Assembly: GCA_902634075.1 (NCBI GenBank)
Contig: CACPJA010000002.1
Location: 49,643-113,642, forward strand
Length of the DNA stretch: 64,000 nucleotides
DNA from: an uncultured Gammaproteobacteria bacterium
Lineage (GTDB): Bacteria > Pseudomonadota > Gammaproteobacteria > Steroidobacterales > UBA11654
Direction: 5' to 3'
The notes under the pieces were generated by a model. The model worked only from the letters and a program-made list of their open reading frames with translations. It searched no databases and was not told the DNA's origin. The position numbers were made by a program, and so were the translations under genes. Positions 17,902 to 28,073 of the stretch are shown here, piece by piece. How positions within the stretch are numbered: the stretch's first letter is position 1; each line of letters opens with the position of its first letter.

Positions 17902-18189
17902 TTATTTAGATTGAGCTTCTTTAGACAGATAGACAGATATGTCTCTAATATCTTCGTAGGTGTATCCTGCAGCATGCCAGGATGCTGTTATTCGATCTAA
18001 AATCTCTTCAGCTGAAGCATCTTTAAACTTATCAATTGAATGACATCCCATGCAGCCACGCCCAAAAGCAGATTCTACTAAAGTCTTGCCGTATTCAGAA
18101 TCACCCTCAATTACCTGATGATTAGACGCATTAACATTACCAACATATAGAAGTAGTGTTGTCACTATTGAAAATAAATAAAATTTCAT
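17902..18189 (-). CDS. small secreted c-type cytochrome
   Basis: 95 aa. Signal peptide (..VGNVNA/SN) and a single CxxCH haem motif (GCMGCHS). GAGGG Shine-Dalgarno upstream. It ends 10 nt before tRNA-Val on the same strand. Confidence 0.7.
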   Translation of the reverse strand: MKFYLFSIVTTLLLYVGNVNASNHQVIEGDSEYGKTLVESAFGRGCMGCHSIDKFKDASAEEILDRITASWHAAGYTYEDIRDISVYLSKEAQSK

Positions 18190-18259
18190 GACTATTTAAC
18201 CCTCGTTTATTTAACTCAAGATGATATATGACTCATAATAAAAAATCTATTTTGAAGGT

Positions 18260-20296
18260 TTAATTAGTAACCCTGTCTTTTGTGTCGATGAAATTAATAC
18301 CAAAATTAAAATCTTTAATGAGTTTAATCTCATCTCTAATTCTAGCAGCGTCTTCAAACCTAAGATCTTTTGCAGCATCAAACATTTCTAGTTCTAAATT
18401 GTCTATTATTTGGCCTATAGAGCTTGGGTCATCAGGATTGTATTGTCCTTTGATGGATTTAGGTATTTTTAGAAATTGTTTTGATGTTTTATTTCTAGCA
18501 TTGTCCATAACATCTTGGACATTTTTTATAATAGTTTTAGGTTTAATATTATGATCGGTATTGTATTGGATTTGTTTATCTCTTCGTCGCTTCGTTTCTT
18601 CGATCGCTCTGCTCATTGAGTTAGTAATATTGTCTGCATACATAATTGCTTTTCCATTAATATTTCGAGCCGCCCTACCCATTGTTTGAATGAGTGAACC
18701 TTCAGATCTTAGGAAGCCTTCTTTATCCGCATCCAATATTGCAACGAGAGACACTTCTGGTAAATCTAAACCTTCTCTAAGAAGGTTTATGCCTACCAGA
18801 ACATCAAATACCCCTAATCTTAAATCTCTAAGTATTTCAGAACGTTCCACGGTATCTATATCGGAATGAAGGTACCTAACTTTAATCTGGTTATCATCAA
18901 AATAGTCAGCTAGATCTTCTGACATTTTTTTTGTGAGTGTTGTGACTAATATTCGTTCATTCTTAGGTGTTCTTTTCCTTATTTCTGATAGTAAATCATC
19001 AACTTGATTAAGCACTGGCCTTATCTCTACTTCAGGATCAATTAATCCTGTAGGTCTTACTATCTGTTCGACAATTTGATCTGATTTTTCAATTTCAAAA
19101 TCTCTAGGTGTTGCAGAAACATATATTGTTTGAGGTGAGAGCTTTTCAAATTCTTCAAACATTAGTGGTCTATTATCAAGCGCTGAAGGCAATCTAAAAC
19201 CATATTCAACGAGCGTTGACTTTCTTGAGAAATCACCCTTATACATTCCTCGTAGCTGCGGTAATGTTACATGGCTTTCATCTATAACTATCATTGCATT
19301 TTTAGGTAAGTAATCAATAAGACATGGCGGGGGTTCCCCTGCCCCTCTGCCTGATAAGTATCTACTGTAATTCTCTATCCCTGAACAAAAGCCTAATTCT
19401 TTTATCATTTCAATATCATAGAGTGTCCTTTGTTCTAGCCTTTGTGCTTCAACAAGCTTATTGGACTTATTGAGTAATTTTAATTGCTTAGTTAGTTCGA
19501 TCTTAATTTTATCTGTTGCTTTCAACATAATCTCTCTAGGAGTGACATAATGAGTTTTAGGAAAAATAGTTAATTGTCTTGTGGTTTTAAGAACTTCCCC
19601 AGTTAAAGGATCAAAGTATGAAAGACACTCAATTTCATCATCAAAGATCTCAATTCTTATGGCTTGATTATCGGAATCTGCTGGATAGATATCTATAACA
19701 TCACCTAAAACTCTGAACATACCTTGTTTAAATTCCATTGAATTTCTTTGATATTGCAGTTCAGCGAGTCTTCTCAATATTGATCGCTGTTCTACTTTAT
19801 CTTTAAGACTTAAATGCAAGACCATATTCAGATATAACTCAGGATCACCCAAACCATAAATTGCAGATACTGAAGCTACAATTATAGTGTCATTTCTCTC
19901 GATTAGTGCTTTGGTAGCAGATAATCTCATTTGCTCGATATGAGCATTAACAGACGCATCTTTTTCAATATATATATCAGTAGTAGGCACATAGGCTTCT
20001 GGCTGATAGTAATCGTAATAGGAAACAAAATACTCAACTTTATTTTTTGGGAAATACTCTCTCATTTCACCATAGAGCTGAGCCGCAAGTGTTTTATTGG
20101 GGGCAAGAATAAGCGTAGGCCTTTGTTCAGTCTGAATCAAATTAGCGATAGTAAATGTTTTACCAGAACCTGTAACGCCCAAGAGAGTTTGCTTGTAAAG
20201 ACCGGAAGACAATCCATTAGATAACTTTTCTATAGCCTGAGGTTGATCTCCTTTAGGCTTGTATTCTGCAGATAATTTAAAACATTCTTTTTTCAT
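18260..20296 (-). CDS. uvrB: excinuclease ABC subunit B
   Basis: 678 aa. Walker [11 protein letters not shown], helicase motifs, C-terminal UVR domain ([17 protein letters not shown]). Confidence 0.95.
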   Translation of the reverse strand: MKKECFKLSAEYKPKGDQPQAIEKLSNGLSSGLYKQTLLGVTGSGKTFTIANLIQTEQRPTLILAPNKTLAAQLYGEMREYFPKNKVEYFVSYYDYYQPEAYVPTTDIYIEKDASVNAHIEQMRLSATKALIERNDTIIVASVSAIYGLGDPELYLNMVLHLSLKDKVEQRSILRRLAELQYQRNSMEFKQGMFRVLGDVIDIYPADSDNQAIRIEIFDDEIECLSYFDPLTGEVLKTTRQLTIFPKTHYVTPREIMLKATDKIKIELTKQLKLLNKSNKLVEAQRLEQRTLYDIEMIKELGFCSGIENYSRYLSGRGAGEPPPCLIDYLPKNAMIVIDESHVTLPQLRGMYKGDFSRKSTLVEYGFRLPSALDNRPLMFEEFEKLSPQTIYVSATPRDFEIEKSDQIVEQIVRPTGLIDPEVEIRPVLNQVDDLLSEIRKRTPKNERILVTTLTKKMSEDLADYFDDNQIKVRYLHSDIDTVERSEILRDLRLGVFDVLVGINLLREGLDLPEVSLVAILDADKEGFLRSEGSLIQTMGRAARNINGKAIMYADNITNSMSRAIEETKRRRDKQIQYNTDHNIKPKTIIKNVQDVMDNARNKTSKQFLKIPKSIKGQYNPDDPSSIGQIIDNLELEMFDAAKDLRFEDAARIRDEIKLIKDFNFGINFIDTKDRVTN

Positions 20297-20348
20297 AATT
20301 TGATATTATAGCCATCAATTAAAACCTATTGTTTAAAATGTATTGATA

Positions 20349-21530
20349 ATGTCAAAGATCCTCTCCAAAAGAGTAAATAAGGTAAAACCTTCAGCAACTA
20401 TTACTATCTCAGCGAAAGCTATGGACCTGAGAGCAAAAGGTATTGATATCATTAGCTTGAGTGCTGGAGAACCAGATTTTGATACACCAAAACATATAAA
20501 AGAAGCAGCCATTAATGCCATTAATCAGGGTCAGACTAAATACACCCAGGTAGATGGAACTCCCGAATTAAAGGATGCAATAATTAAGAAATTCAAAAGA
20601 GACAATAATCTTGACTATAAAAGAGAAAATATTATTGTTTCAACAGGAGCTAAACAAACTCTATATAACTTATTCCAATCTGTCTTAGGACCTGAAGATG
20701 AAGTTATAATTATTAGCCCATATTGGGTTTCCTATCCTGATATGATTCTATTGGCAGATGCTAAGCCCGTTTTTCTAGACACTCATCAAGAAGATAATTT
20801 TAAGATACATAAAGAGGACTTAGAGAAATGTATTACTCAAAAAACTAAGATTATTATTCTTAATTCTCCCTCGAACCCTACTGGTATAACATTTTCGAAA
20901 GAAGAATATAAAACTATAGGTGATGTCTTAATCAATTACCCAAATATATTGATTGCAACTGATGATATGTATGAGCATATATATTGGGGAGAAGAGCCTA
21001 TTTCTTCTTTTGCTGAAGCATGTCCTGATTTATTTGATAGGACTATAACAATTAATGGCGTATCTAAAGCTTATGCAATGACTGGTTGGAGAATTGGATA
21101 TTGTGGAGCTCATGAAGACCTTATTAAAGGAATGAAAAAAATTCAAGGCCAAAGTACATCAAATCCTTCTTCTATATCTCAAGTAGCAACAATTGCTGCT
21201 CTAAATGGATCATCAGAAGAAATAAAAAAAATGGTTACTGAATATAAGAAAAGACATGATTATATGTATGATGCTCTAAATCAGATTGACGGATTTAAAA
21301 CTAGCCCTGGAACTGGAGCATTTTATCTGTTACCAGAAGTACAGCAAGCACTTGAGAGAAAAGGATTCTCTGATGATGTTGAATTTTCTAGTTTCCTTAT
21401 TGAAGAGGCAAATGTTGCCGTTATACCCGGAAGTGCTTTCGGTGCTAAAGGTTACATTAGGATATCCTATGCAACCAGTATGGAGTTACTAAAGCAATCA
21501 ATAGTTAGGATAAAAAACTCCTTAAAGTAA
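20349..21530 (+). CDS. class-I PLP-dependent aminotransferase (aspartate aminotransferase type)
   Basis: LSAGEPDFDTP, NPSNPTG, and the PLP-lysine block GVSKAYAMTGWRIGY. The track start at 20343 is TTG; the first ATG is at 20349. Confidence 0.85.
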   Translation: MSKILSKRVNKVKPSATITISAKAMDLRAKGIDIISLSAGEPDFDTPKHIKEAAINAINQGQTKYTQVDGTPELKDAIIKKFKRDNNLDYKRENIIVSTGAKQTLYNLFQSVLGPEDEVIIISPYWVSYPDMILLADAKPVFLDTHQEDNFKIHKEDLEKCITQKTKIIILNSPSNPTGITFSKEEYKTIGDVLINYPNILIATDDMYEHIYWGEEPISSFAEACPDLFDRTITINGVSKAYAMTGWRIGYCGAHEDLIKGMKKIQGQSTSNPSSISQVATIAALNGSSEEIKKMVTEYKKRHDYMYDALNQIDGFKTSPGTGAFYLLPEVQQALERKGFSDDVEFSSFLIEEANVAVIPGSAFGAKGYIRISYATSMELLKQSIVRIKNSLK

Positions 21531-21587
21531 TAACTAGCTCTCTTGACTATTCATTAAGGTTCAAGCAGACTCATTTTTATATTCTAC

Positions 21588-21663
21588 TCCCCGGTAGCTC
21601 AGTTGGTAGAGCGATTGACTGTTAATCAATTGGTCGCTGGTTCGAGTCCGGCCCGGGGAGCCA
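21588..21663 (+). tRNA. tRNA-Asn (anticodon GTT)
   Basis: TCCCCGGTAGCTCAGTTGGTAGAGCGATTGACTGTTAATCAATTGGTCGCTGGTTCGAGTCCGGCCCGGGGAGCCA. Acceptor TCCCCGG/CCGGGGA, anticodon loop CTGTTAA, encoded CCA. Confidence 0.9.
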
Positions 21664-21676
21664 GAATCTCAATATG

Positions 21677-22087
21677 CTAAGTGCTCTTAGCTATTTTATT
21701 TTTAAATTTTGTAGTACTCCAACCGTGTGATCTATCTAAAAAATGTATAGGTATATTTAAATCATCACCGGTAAATGGCTTACTTTTATAGTCTTCACCT
21801 AGGAATCTGATATCTATATCTAAATTTGACAATAGTTCATATAAATCTGTTTCTAATTTATAGGGTATTATTTGATCAATTTGTTTCAATGATGAAAGAA
21901 TCATAATTCTTTCATCAAGTTTCAAAATTGGCTTTAACTTTTCAGGCCTTTCAATTGAAGGATCTTCGTGTAGAAGGATAATTAGTTCAGTGCAAAATTC
22001 TTTGCATTCATTAAATAAATGTATGTAACCAGGATGAATGACATCAAAATTTCCTGCAATAACTCCAGTATTCTTCATTTTATTCAA
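21677..22087 (-). CDS. small cytidylyl/adenylyl-transferase family protein (TagD / RfaE-domain-II-like)
   Basis: 136 aa. The N-terminal nucleotidyltransferase motif GNFDVIHPGYIHLF corresponds to FDxxHxGH, but the second His is replaced by Tyr. 4-nt overlap with the lapB stop. Confidence 0.6.
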   Translation of the reverse strand: MNKMKNTGVIAGNFDVIHPGYIHLFNECKEFCTELIILLHEDPSIERPEKLKPILKLDERIMILSSLKQIDQIIPYKLETDLYELLSNLDIDIRFLGEDYKSKPFTGDDLNIPIHFLDRSHGWSTTKFKNKIAKST

Positions 22088-23247
22088 ATTTTTTCTATAA
22101 AATTAATTGGTGTAGATTTTTCCCATTTTTTGCAAGTTGGACACTGCCATGAATGGCTGATAGTTTCATAACCGCATTGAGTACAATTATATTTATATTC
22201 ATTCATGGTTTTTTTATTAATAATTGACTTTATATTTTCTATAAGATTATCATCAATAATATTCGAGGATATGGCATTATTCTGATTAAGAATTTCGTTA
22301 ACCAGTGTATTTGCAAGGATTTGTTTTTTGAAAGATTTGAAAAGTGTTTTATTTTTTATTTCAGGTCTCATAACAGACAACATAGAAAAGTAGATTTCTA
22401 TTTCAGGATTTGTAGAAACGATTTGAATTAGTTTATTTTCAATAATTCCTTCTTCTTCATTACTAGCTCTTTTAAGCAGCAATGGTAATAGTATAAAGTG
22501 ACCGACAGGGCTTTCAGTTGTCATTTGCATATAATGGTCCAAAGCACTATTAAGATTATTTTTTTCAAGAGCGATTATTGAAGATAAGAACATTTGCCTT
22601 ATCGACTTAGGGTTATTCTCTCTAGCTTCTTTTAAGTAGGCTTCTGCTTTATCTAAATTATCATTATCTATTGAATCTTGAGATAACTGACAATAATAGT
22701 GTGATGTACTATTAATAAGAATGTTTTCATTATCAACTTTTGATAAGTCTTCCAAGTGTTTTAATGCTTCTTCCCATTGACATAAATACTCATAAATTTT
22801 AATTAATTTTTCTAAGCTAGATATTTTATGGGCTTTTATTTCCTTTAATTTTAAGAAAATCTCTTCAGCTTTATCGTATATACCTGCAGTGTAATAATTT
22901 TCACCTAATTCACTTAGAGTTTGGAAATAATAATTCTCTTCAAGGTCAGGTTTACTAATTATATTTTCATGAAGTTTTATTGCTTTATCTATTTTACCTT
23001 GTCTTCTAAATAAAACACCGAGTGCTAAATGTGTTTGAATTGTGTCATCATCAATTTCAATAATATTTGAAAACAAGTTAATAGCCTTATCTGACTCTTC
23101 ATTTAATAAATATTTCAGCCCCGTTAAATAGTCAGGATTGATTTTTTTATCATTATCTTCTGAATCAAAAAACTTTATGTATAGATAACCCATAAGGGTA
23201 AATAGTAAGAATATAGATGATAAGTAGAGAATACTGTCTGAAAACAT
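22084..23247 (-). CDS. lapB: lipopolysaccharide assembly protein B (TPR + rubredoxin-type zinc finger)
   Basis: N-terminal TM helix, TPR repeats, C-terminal CTQCGYETISHSWQCPTCKKW (compare recalled E. coli LapB CQKCGF...WHCPSCRAW). Lies directly downstream of ihfB, as in enterics and pseudomonads. Confidence 0.85.
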   Translation of the reverse strand: MFSDSILYLSSIFLLFTLMGYLYIKFFDSEDNDKKINPDYLTGLKYLLNEESDKAINLFSNIIEIDDDTIQTHLALGVLFRRQGKIDKAIKLHENIISKPDLEENYYFQTLSELGENYYTAGIYDKAEEIFLKLKEIKAHKISSLEKLIKIYEYLCQWEEALKHLEDLSKVDNENILINSTSHYYCQLSQDSIDNDNLDKAEAYLKEARENNPKSIRQMFLSSIIALEKNNLNSALDHYMQMTTESPVGHFILLPLLLKRASNEEEGIIENKLIQIVSTNPEIEIYFSMLSVMRPEIKNKTLFKSFKKQILANTLVNEILNQNNAISSNIIDDNLIENIKSIINKKTMNEYKYNCTQCGYETISHSWQCPTCKKWEKSTPINFIEKI

Positions 23248-23271
23248 TAAAGTGTCATTTAGTATGAGCTG

Positions 23272-23562
23272 TTATAATTTTTGTTTTACTCGCTCTTTAA
23301 GATTTTTACCTGGTTTGAAGTGAGGAACATAACGTTCTTCTATATTCACTGACTGACCAGATTTAGGATTTCTTCCAACTCTTGGTTTCCGATATCTTAA
23401 GCTAAAACTGCCAAAACCTCTGATCTCAATTCTTTCTCCTTTTTTTAGAGAATTTACCATTGATTTTATAATTGTTTTTACAGATAACTCTATATCCCTG
23501 TATGGAAGTTGATCTTGTTCTTTAGCAATGATCTCAATGAGATCTTTTTTATTTATACTCAT
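23272..23562 (-). CDS. ihfB: integration host factor beta subunit
   Basis: HU/IHF fold: IEIRGFGSFSLRYRKPRVGRNPKSGQSVNIEERYVPHFKPGK. The track start at 23568 is TTG; the ATG at 23562 gives MSINKKDLIE. Confidence 0.9.
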   Translation of the reverse strand: MSINKKDLIEIIAKEQDQLPYRDIELSVKTIIKSMVNSLKKGERIEIRGFGSFSLRYRKPRVGRNPKSGQSVNIEERYVPHFKPGKNLKERVKQKL

Positions 23563-23600
23563 TAACAAATTACATCAAAAAAATTTAGAAATAGGAATAA

Positions 23601-25280
23601 TTATTCGCTTCTTTTGAATTTAGATTTAAGAAGGTCTCCTAGACTTGTCTTTGAAATAGATTCTTTTTCTTCAGCTTTATAGGATTCTATTGCTTCTCTT
23701 TCTTCTTTTTCTTCTTTAGCTTTAATCGATAGTTTGACGGTTCTATTTTTTTTATCAAAGCCAATAATTTTTGATTCTATTTCTTCATTTATTTTAAAAA
23801 CTGTCCTAAGGTCTTCAACTTTATCTCTTGAAACCTCAGAGACATTTAGCAATCCTTTTACTTGCTCATTAAGTTTGATTAATGCATTTCTTTCATCAAT
23901 TTCTTGAATAACGCCTTTTACAATGGTGTTCTTGGGGTTATTCGATAGATACTGTTGAAAAGGATCATCTGATAATTGTTTCAGACCTAGTGAAATTCTT
24001 TGTTTCTCAGGGTCAGTATTGATTATGATAGCTTCTACTTCTTCTGATTTTTTGAATATTGAAAGGTCTATATTATCTTCTGATTCCCAAGATATATCTG
24101 AGATATGAATTAATCCGTCAATACCACCCTCTAGTTCAATAAATACTCCAAAGTCAGTGATTGATTTAACTTTGCCTTTTATTTTTTGTCCTTCATCATG
24201 TTCTGATGCAAAATTTTTCCATGGATTGTCTTTTGTTTGCTTCATCCCCAAGGAAACTCTTCTTTTTTCATTATCAATATCTAATATCATTACTTCTATT
24301 TCATCACCCACATTTGCGACTTTATAAGGGTTTGGATTATTATTCGTCCAATCAACTTCAGAAATATGCACTAGCCCCTCTATCTCTTCCTCTATTTCAA
24401 CAAATAAGCCATAATCAGTTATATTAGATATCTGACAAAGAACTTTCATACCGATCTCATATTTTTTTATAATTTTTTCCCAAGGATCATCTTGAAGTTG
24501 TTTTAGACCTAATGAAACTCTAAATTTCTCTCTGTCTAAAGCAATAACCTTAACCTTAATATTTTGTGCTAAAGATAAAGATTCTGAGGGATGTTTAACT
24601 TTTTTCCATGAGATATCTGTTATATGAAGCAATCCATCTATTCCGCCAAGATCTACAAATGCTCCATAGTCTGTTAAGTTTTTTACTACGCCTTCTAAAA
24701 TATCACCCTCATTAATTTTGGAAATTAAATCGTTTTTATTTTCAACAGCAGTGCCTTGAATTGCTGCCTTACGAGATAAGACTATATTATTGGACATTTT
24801 TTCTGCTTTAACTACTTTAAATTCAGACATTGAACCTTCTAGATATTGAGTATCCCTAACTGGTCTAACATCTACGAGTGAACCAGGAAGAAAAGCATTA
24901 ATTTGGTCTACAAGAACAGTAAATCCACCTTTTACTCTTGTTTGAATGAAGCCATTGACAATCTCATCATTATTCATTGCATTGATGAGTTTTTGCCATG
25001 TCATTTCATTTTTTGCTTTTTGTCGTGATAATCTTGTTCTTCCTTCGCCATCTTCAATTTCTTCAATGACTACCTCAACTTTGTCACCAACTTTAATTTC
25101 AACATCGCCTGACTGATCTTTAAATTGGTTAATATTTACTATGGATTCAGACTTTAAGCCAGCTGATAGAATGGCATGATCATTCGTTATATCTATTACA
25201 TCAGCTTGGATTAGCTGTCCTAGTTTGAGCGCTTTACTGTATTCGCTCGACTCAAATAGATTTTCAAAATTCTCACTCAT
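23601..25280 (-). CDS. rpsA: 30S ribosomal protein S1
   Basis: 559 aa with six S1 repeats (repeated G.V..I.D.G.F..L..GI.GL.H.S). Conserved cmk-rpsA-ihfB order. Confidence 0.95.
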   Translation of the reverse strand: MSENFENLFESSEYSKALKLGQLIQADVIDITNDHAILSAGLKSESIVNINQFKDQSGDVEIKVGDKVEVVIEEIEDGEGRTRLSRQKAKNEMTWQKLINAMNNDEIVNGFIQTRVKGGFTVLVDQINAFLPGSLVDVRPVRDTQYLEGSMSEFKVVKAEKMSNNIVLSRKAAIQGTAVENKNDLISKINEGDILEGVVKNLTDYGAFVDLGGIDGLLHITDISWKKVKHPSESLSLAQNIKVKVIALDREKFRVSLGLKQLQDDPWEKIIKKYEIGMKVLCQISNITDYGLFVEIEEEIEGLVHISEVDWTNNNPNPYKVANVGDEIEVMILDIDNEKRRVSLGMKQTKDNPWKNFASEHDEGQKIKGKVKSITDFGVFIELEGGIDGLIHISDISWESEDNIDLSIFKKSEEVEAIIINTDPEKQRISLGLKQLSDDPFQQYLSNNPKNTIVKGVIQEIDERNALIKLNEQVKGLLNVSEVSRDKVEDLRTVFKINEEIESKIIGFDKKNRTVKLSIKAKEEKEEREAIESYKAEEKESISKTSLGDLLKSKFKRSE

Positions 25281-25282
25281 AA

Positions 25283-25945
25283 TTAATTACTACTTTTTAT
25301 ATGTTTAATTGCTTCTTCTTGCACATCTTTAATTGATTTATTATCTGTTTCAATCACTAAAGCATCATCGGGGATTATTAAAGGTGATGCTTTTCTATTC
25401 AAATCTCTTTTATCTCTTTCATTTAACTCATCAATTAACTGCGTGAGGCTAACATTAATTCCTTTTTCCTTCAACTGGTTAAGTCGTCTTTTTGCTTTAG
25501 TTTCATTATTAGCTGTTAAAAAGAATTTAACCTCGGCATTCGGAAAAATTACACTTCCCATATCTCTTCCTTCAGCAATTAGTCCAGGTTCTTTTGCAAA
25601 GGATCTTTGTATTGAGACCAATGATAATCTTAGTGTTTTATTAGATGAAATCTTGGACGCTATTTTTGCTGTCTCTTCATTAAATATAAGATTATTAATT
25701 GTTTTGTTCTCATAAATAATATCAACCTTATGACTATTAGGTTTGATATTAAAAATAATTGAACTCCCAATATTGATAAGCTCTTCAGTATTATTTAAAT
25801 CAATAGAGTTTATTTCAGCAATATAAGCAATACTTCTATATATCGAGCCACTGTTTAAGTAGTTCAATTTTAATTCTTCAACTAAATTTAAAGCAAGAGT
25901 CCCTTTGCCAACTCCACTGGGTCCATCGATAGCAATAATTAACAT
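25283..25945 (-). CDS. cmk: cytidylate kinase
   Basis: P-loop IAIDGPSGVGKGT and an AEGRDMGSVIFP block. Confidence 0.9.
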   Translation of the reverse strand: MLIIAIDGPSGVGKGTLALNLVEELKLNYLNSGSIYRSIAYIAEINSIDLNNTEELINIGSSIIFNIKPNSHKVDIIYENKTINNLIFNEETAKIASKISSNKTLRLSLVSIQRSFAKEPGLIAEGRDMGSVIFPNAEVKFFLTANNETKAKRRLNQLKEKGINVSLTQLIDELNERDKRDLNRKASPLIIPDDALVIETDNKSIKDVQEEAIKHIKSSN

Positions 25946-25951
25946 AAATAA

Positions 25952-27256
25952 TTAGGCTTCATGAATGTTCATACCTATTGAATTCATTATTTCTTTAAAT
26001 GTAGGGAACGAAGTATTGATATTAAGACAATTTTTAACAGTAACAGGTGTTTCAGATCTGCATGAAGCTAAAAGGCATGCCATGGCCACTCTATGATCAT
26101 CAAATGAATCTAGATTAGTCCCTCTTATTGTTCCGCCTTTAATTCTAGCGCCATCATCATATTCATTAATTTCTATAGATAGTGATGTAAGATTATTGAC
26201 CATAGCTTTTATTCTGTCAGATTCTTTATATCTAAGTTCTTTAGCGTTCTTTATAGAGGTATAGCCTTCAGCGCAGGCTGCTGCTATAAAAACCAAAGGC
26301 ATCTCATCAATTGCTGAGGCTATAAGTCTCTTTGGCACCTCTATTCCTTTTAAGTTTGAAGACCTAACAACAATAGAGCCTATTTTTTCATTGGTGTTAA
26401 ATGTCTTATCAGTATTAATTTGTATATCAGCATTCATTAATTTCATGATTTCTATAAATCCCATTCTAGTAGGATTTAATCCAACATTTTTTATTTTTAA
26501 TTCACTATCTTTGGAGATCAGTCCAGCTAATATTAAGAAAGAAGCTGAGGATAAATCGCCCGGGACATATATATATTCTGGTGAAACTAATTCTCCACCG
26601 ACTATTGAAATTGTTTTTTCATCAACTTCTATTTGAGATGAAAAATCTTTTAACATAATTTCAGTATGATCTCTTGTATCGGTATCTGTTTCGATAACTG
26701 TTTTACCATTTGTGAAGAGACTTGCTAGAAGAATAGCTGACTTTATTTGTGCACTAGGAATATCTAATTTATACCTTAAATTATTTAACTTATTTGTACC
26801 TTTAATCTTAACAGGAGGATTGCCATTGTTAGTCTCTAAATTGGCTCCCATAGCCCTTAATGGCTTAGCTACTCTTTCCATTGGTCTTTTTCTTAGTGAT
26901 CTATCACCAGTTAGTACAGAGTCAAACTTTTGAGCAGCTAAAATACCCATAAACAATCGAATAGAAGTGCCTGAATTACCAAAATTTAGTATTTTTTTAG
27001 GATCTACTAGCTTTCCCAATCCTTTGCCATAGACTTCCATAATTTCATTTTTTAAATGAATATCTGCTCCGAGAATCCTGGAAACCTCGATAGTTCTAAA
27101 TATATCTTCAGAGGACAAGTAATTTTCAATTACAGTTTGGCCCTCTGATAACATCGATAATATAACAGTTCTATGTGAAATAGATTTATCACCAGGAACC
27201 TCTATTTCACCATGAAGTGAATTTACTTTATTGGATACTAAAGTGAATGAACTCAT
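25952..27256 (-). CDS. aroA: 3-phosphoshikimate 1-carboxyvinyltransferase (EPSP synthase)
   Basis: 434 aa. VPGDKSISHR, LGNSGTSIRL, RPMERV, YKESDRI, DDHRVAMA motifs. The start overlaps the pheA stop by 1 nt (TAATG). Confidence 0.95.
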   Translation of the reverse strand: MSSFTLVSNKVNSLHGEIEVPGDKSISHRTVILSMLSEGQTVIENYLSSEDIFRTIEVSRILGADIHLKNEIMEVYGKGLGKLVDPKKILNFGNSGTSIRLFMGILAAQKFDSVLTGDRSLRKRPMERVAKPLRAMGANLETNNGNPPVKIKGTNKLNNLRYKLDIPSAQIKSAILLASLFTNGKTVIETDTDTRDHTEIMLKDFSSQIEVDEKTISIVGGELVSPEYIYVPGDLSSASFLILAGLISKDSELKIKNVGLNPTRMGFIEIMKLMNADIQINTDKTFNTNEKIGSIVVRSSNLKGIEVPKRLIASAIDEMPLVFIAAACAEGYTSIKNAKELRYKESDRIKAMVNNLTSLSIEINEYDDGARIKGGTIRGTNLDSFDDHRVAMACLLASCRSETPVTVKNCLNINTSFPTFKEIMNSIGMNIHEA

Positions 27257-28068
27257 TATTGAGCAACAGGGTAAGAACCTAATGTTTTGATTTTTATATT
27301 CTGTTCTTTTAATTCACTTAATGATTTAAGAATATTGTTATCATTGCAATGACCTTCTAGATCAATAAAGAAGACATAATTCCATTTACCTTTCTTTGAA
27401 GGTCTTGATTCAATTCTAGATAAATTGACATCATAATTTGCAAATGATTTTAGAACTTTAAATAATGAACCTGAATCTTGACTGTCAGGAGGAGATACAA
27501 TTATGGATGTTTTATCTTTACTACTCTTTTTTACCGTCTGAGTGCCAATTATTATAAATCTAGTTGTGTTATCAGAGAAATCTTGGATACCTGTATCAAG
27601 TATATTCAAATTATAGTCCGATGATAATTTTTCTGATCCGATACAGCCTTCATTTGAGTTAACAAGCATTTTAGCACCTTCAGAGTTACTAATGACTGGT
27701 AGTAATTCAACTCCTGGCAGATTTAATCTAATATAATTCTGACATTGACCTAATGACTGTGGGTGAGCATAAAGAATTTCAATATTCTCAATAGAATTAT
27801 CTTTTGAAAGCAAACATTGATTGATTAGAAGTTCAATTTCACCAGTAATCATAACATTAGAGCTTATGAGCAAATCATGGGTGTTATTAATTGAACCCTC
27901 TATTGAGTTTTCAATAGGAATAATTCCGTAATCAGATTCATTTTTCTCTATAGATTCAAATACCTCTACAATGGTTGGCAATGGTATTGGCTCAGCATTA
28001 TTATCAAAATAATTTAATAAGGCTATTTCCGAGAATGAACCTTTTGGTCCTAGATATGAAACTTTCAT
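27256..28068 (-). CDS. pheA: prephenate dehydratase (PDT + ACT domains only; no chorismate mutase domain)
   Basis: 270 aa. Begins directly with the PDT domain (VSYLGPKGSFSE). TRF motif (NTTRFIIIG) and ACT-domain ESRPS motif (SRIESRPSKKGKWNYVFFIDLEGH). Confidence 0.85.
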   Translation of the reverse strand: MKVSYLGPKGSFSEIALLNYFDNNAEPIPLPTIVEVFESIEKNESDYGIIPIENSIEGSINNTHDLLISSNVMITGEIELLINQCLLSKDNSIENIEILYAHPQSLGQCQNYIRLNLPGVELLPVISNSEGAKMLVNSNEGCIGSEKLSSDYNLNILDTGIQDFSDNTTRFIIIGTQTVKKSSKDKTSIIVSPPDSQDSGSLFKVLKSFANYDVNLSRIESRPSKKGKWNYVFFIDLEGHCNDNNILKSLSELKEQNIKIKTLGSYPVAQ

Positions 28069-28073
28069 GGTCT

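Noticed and set aside
20297-20348. I looked for a LexA/SOS box in the uvrB-aminotransferase divergent promoter.
   Set aside because: No CTGT-N8-ACAG is present; neither CTGT nor ACAG occurs in the spacer. SOS control of uvrB is not supported by this sequence.
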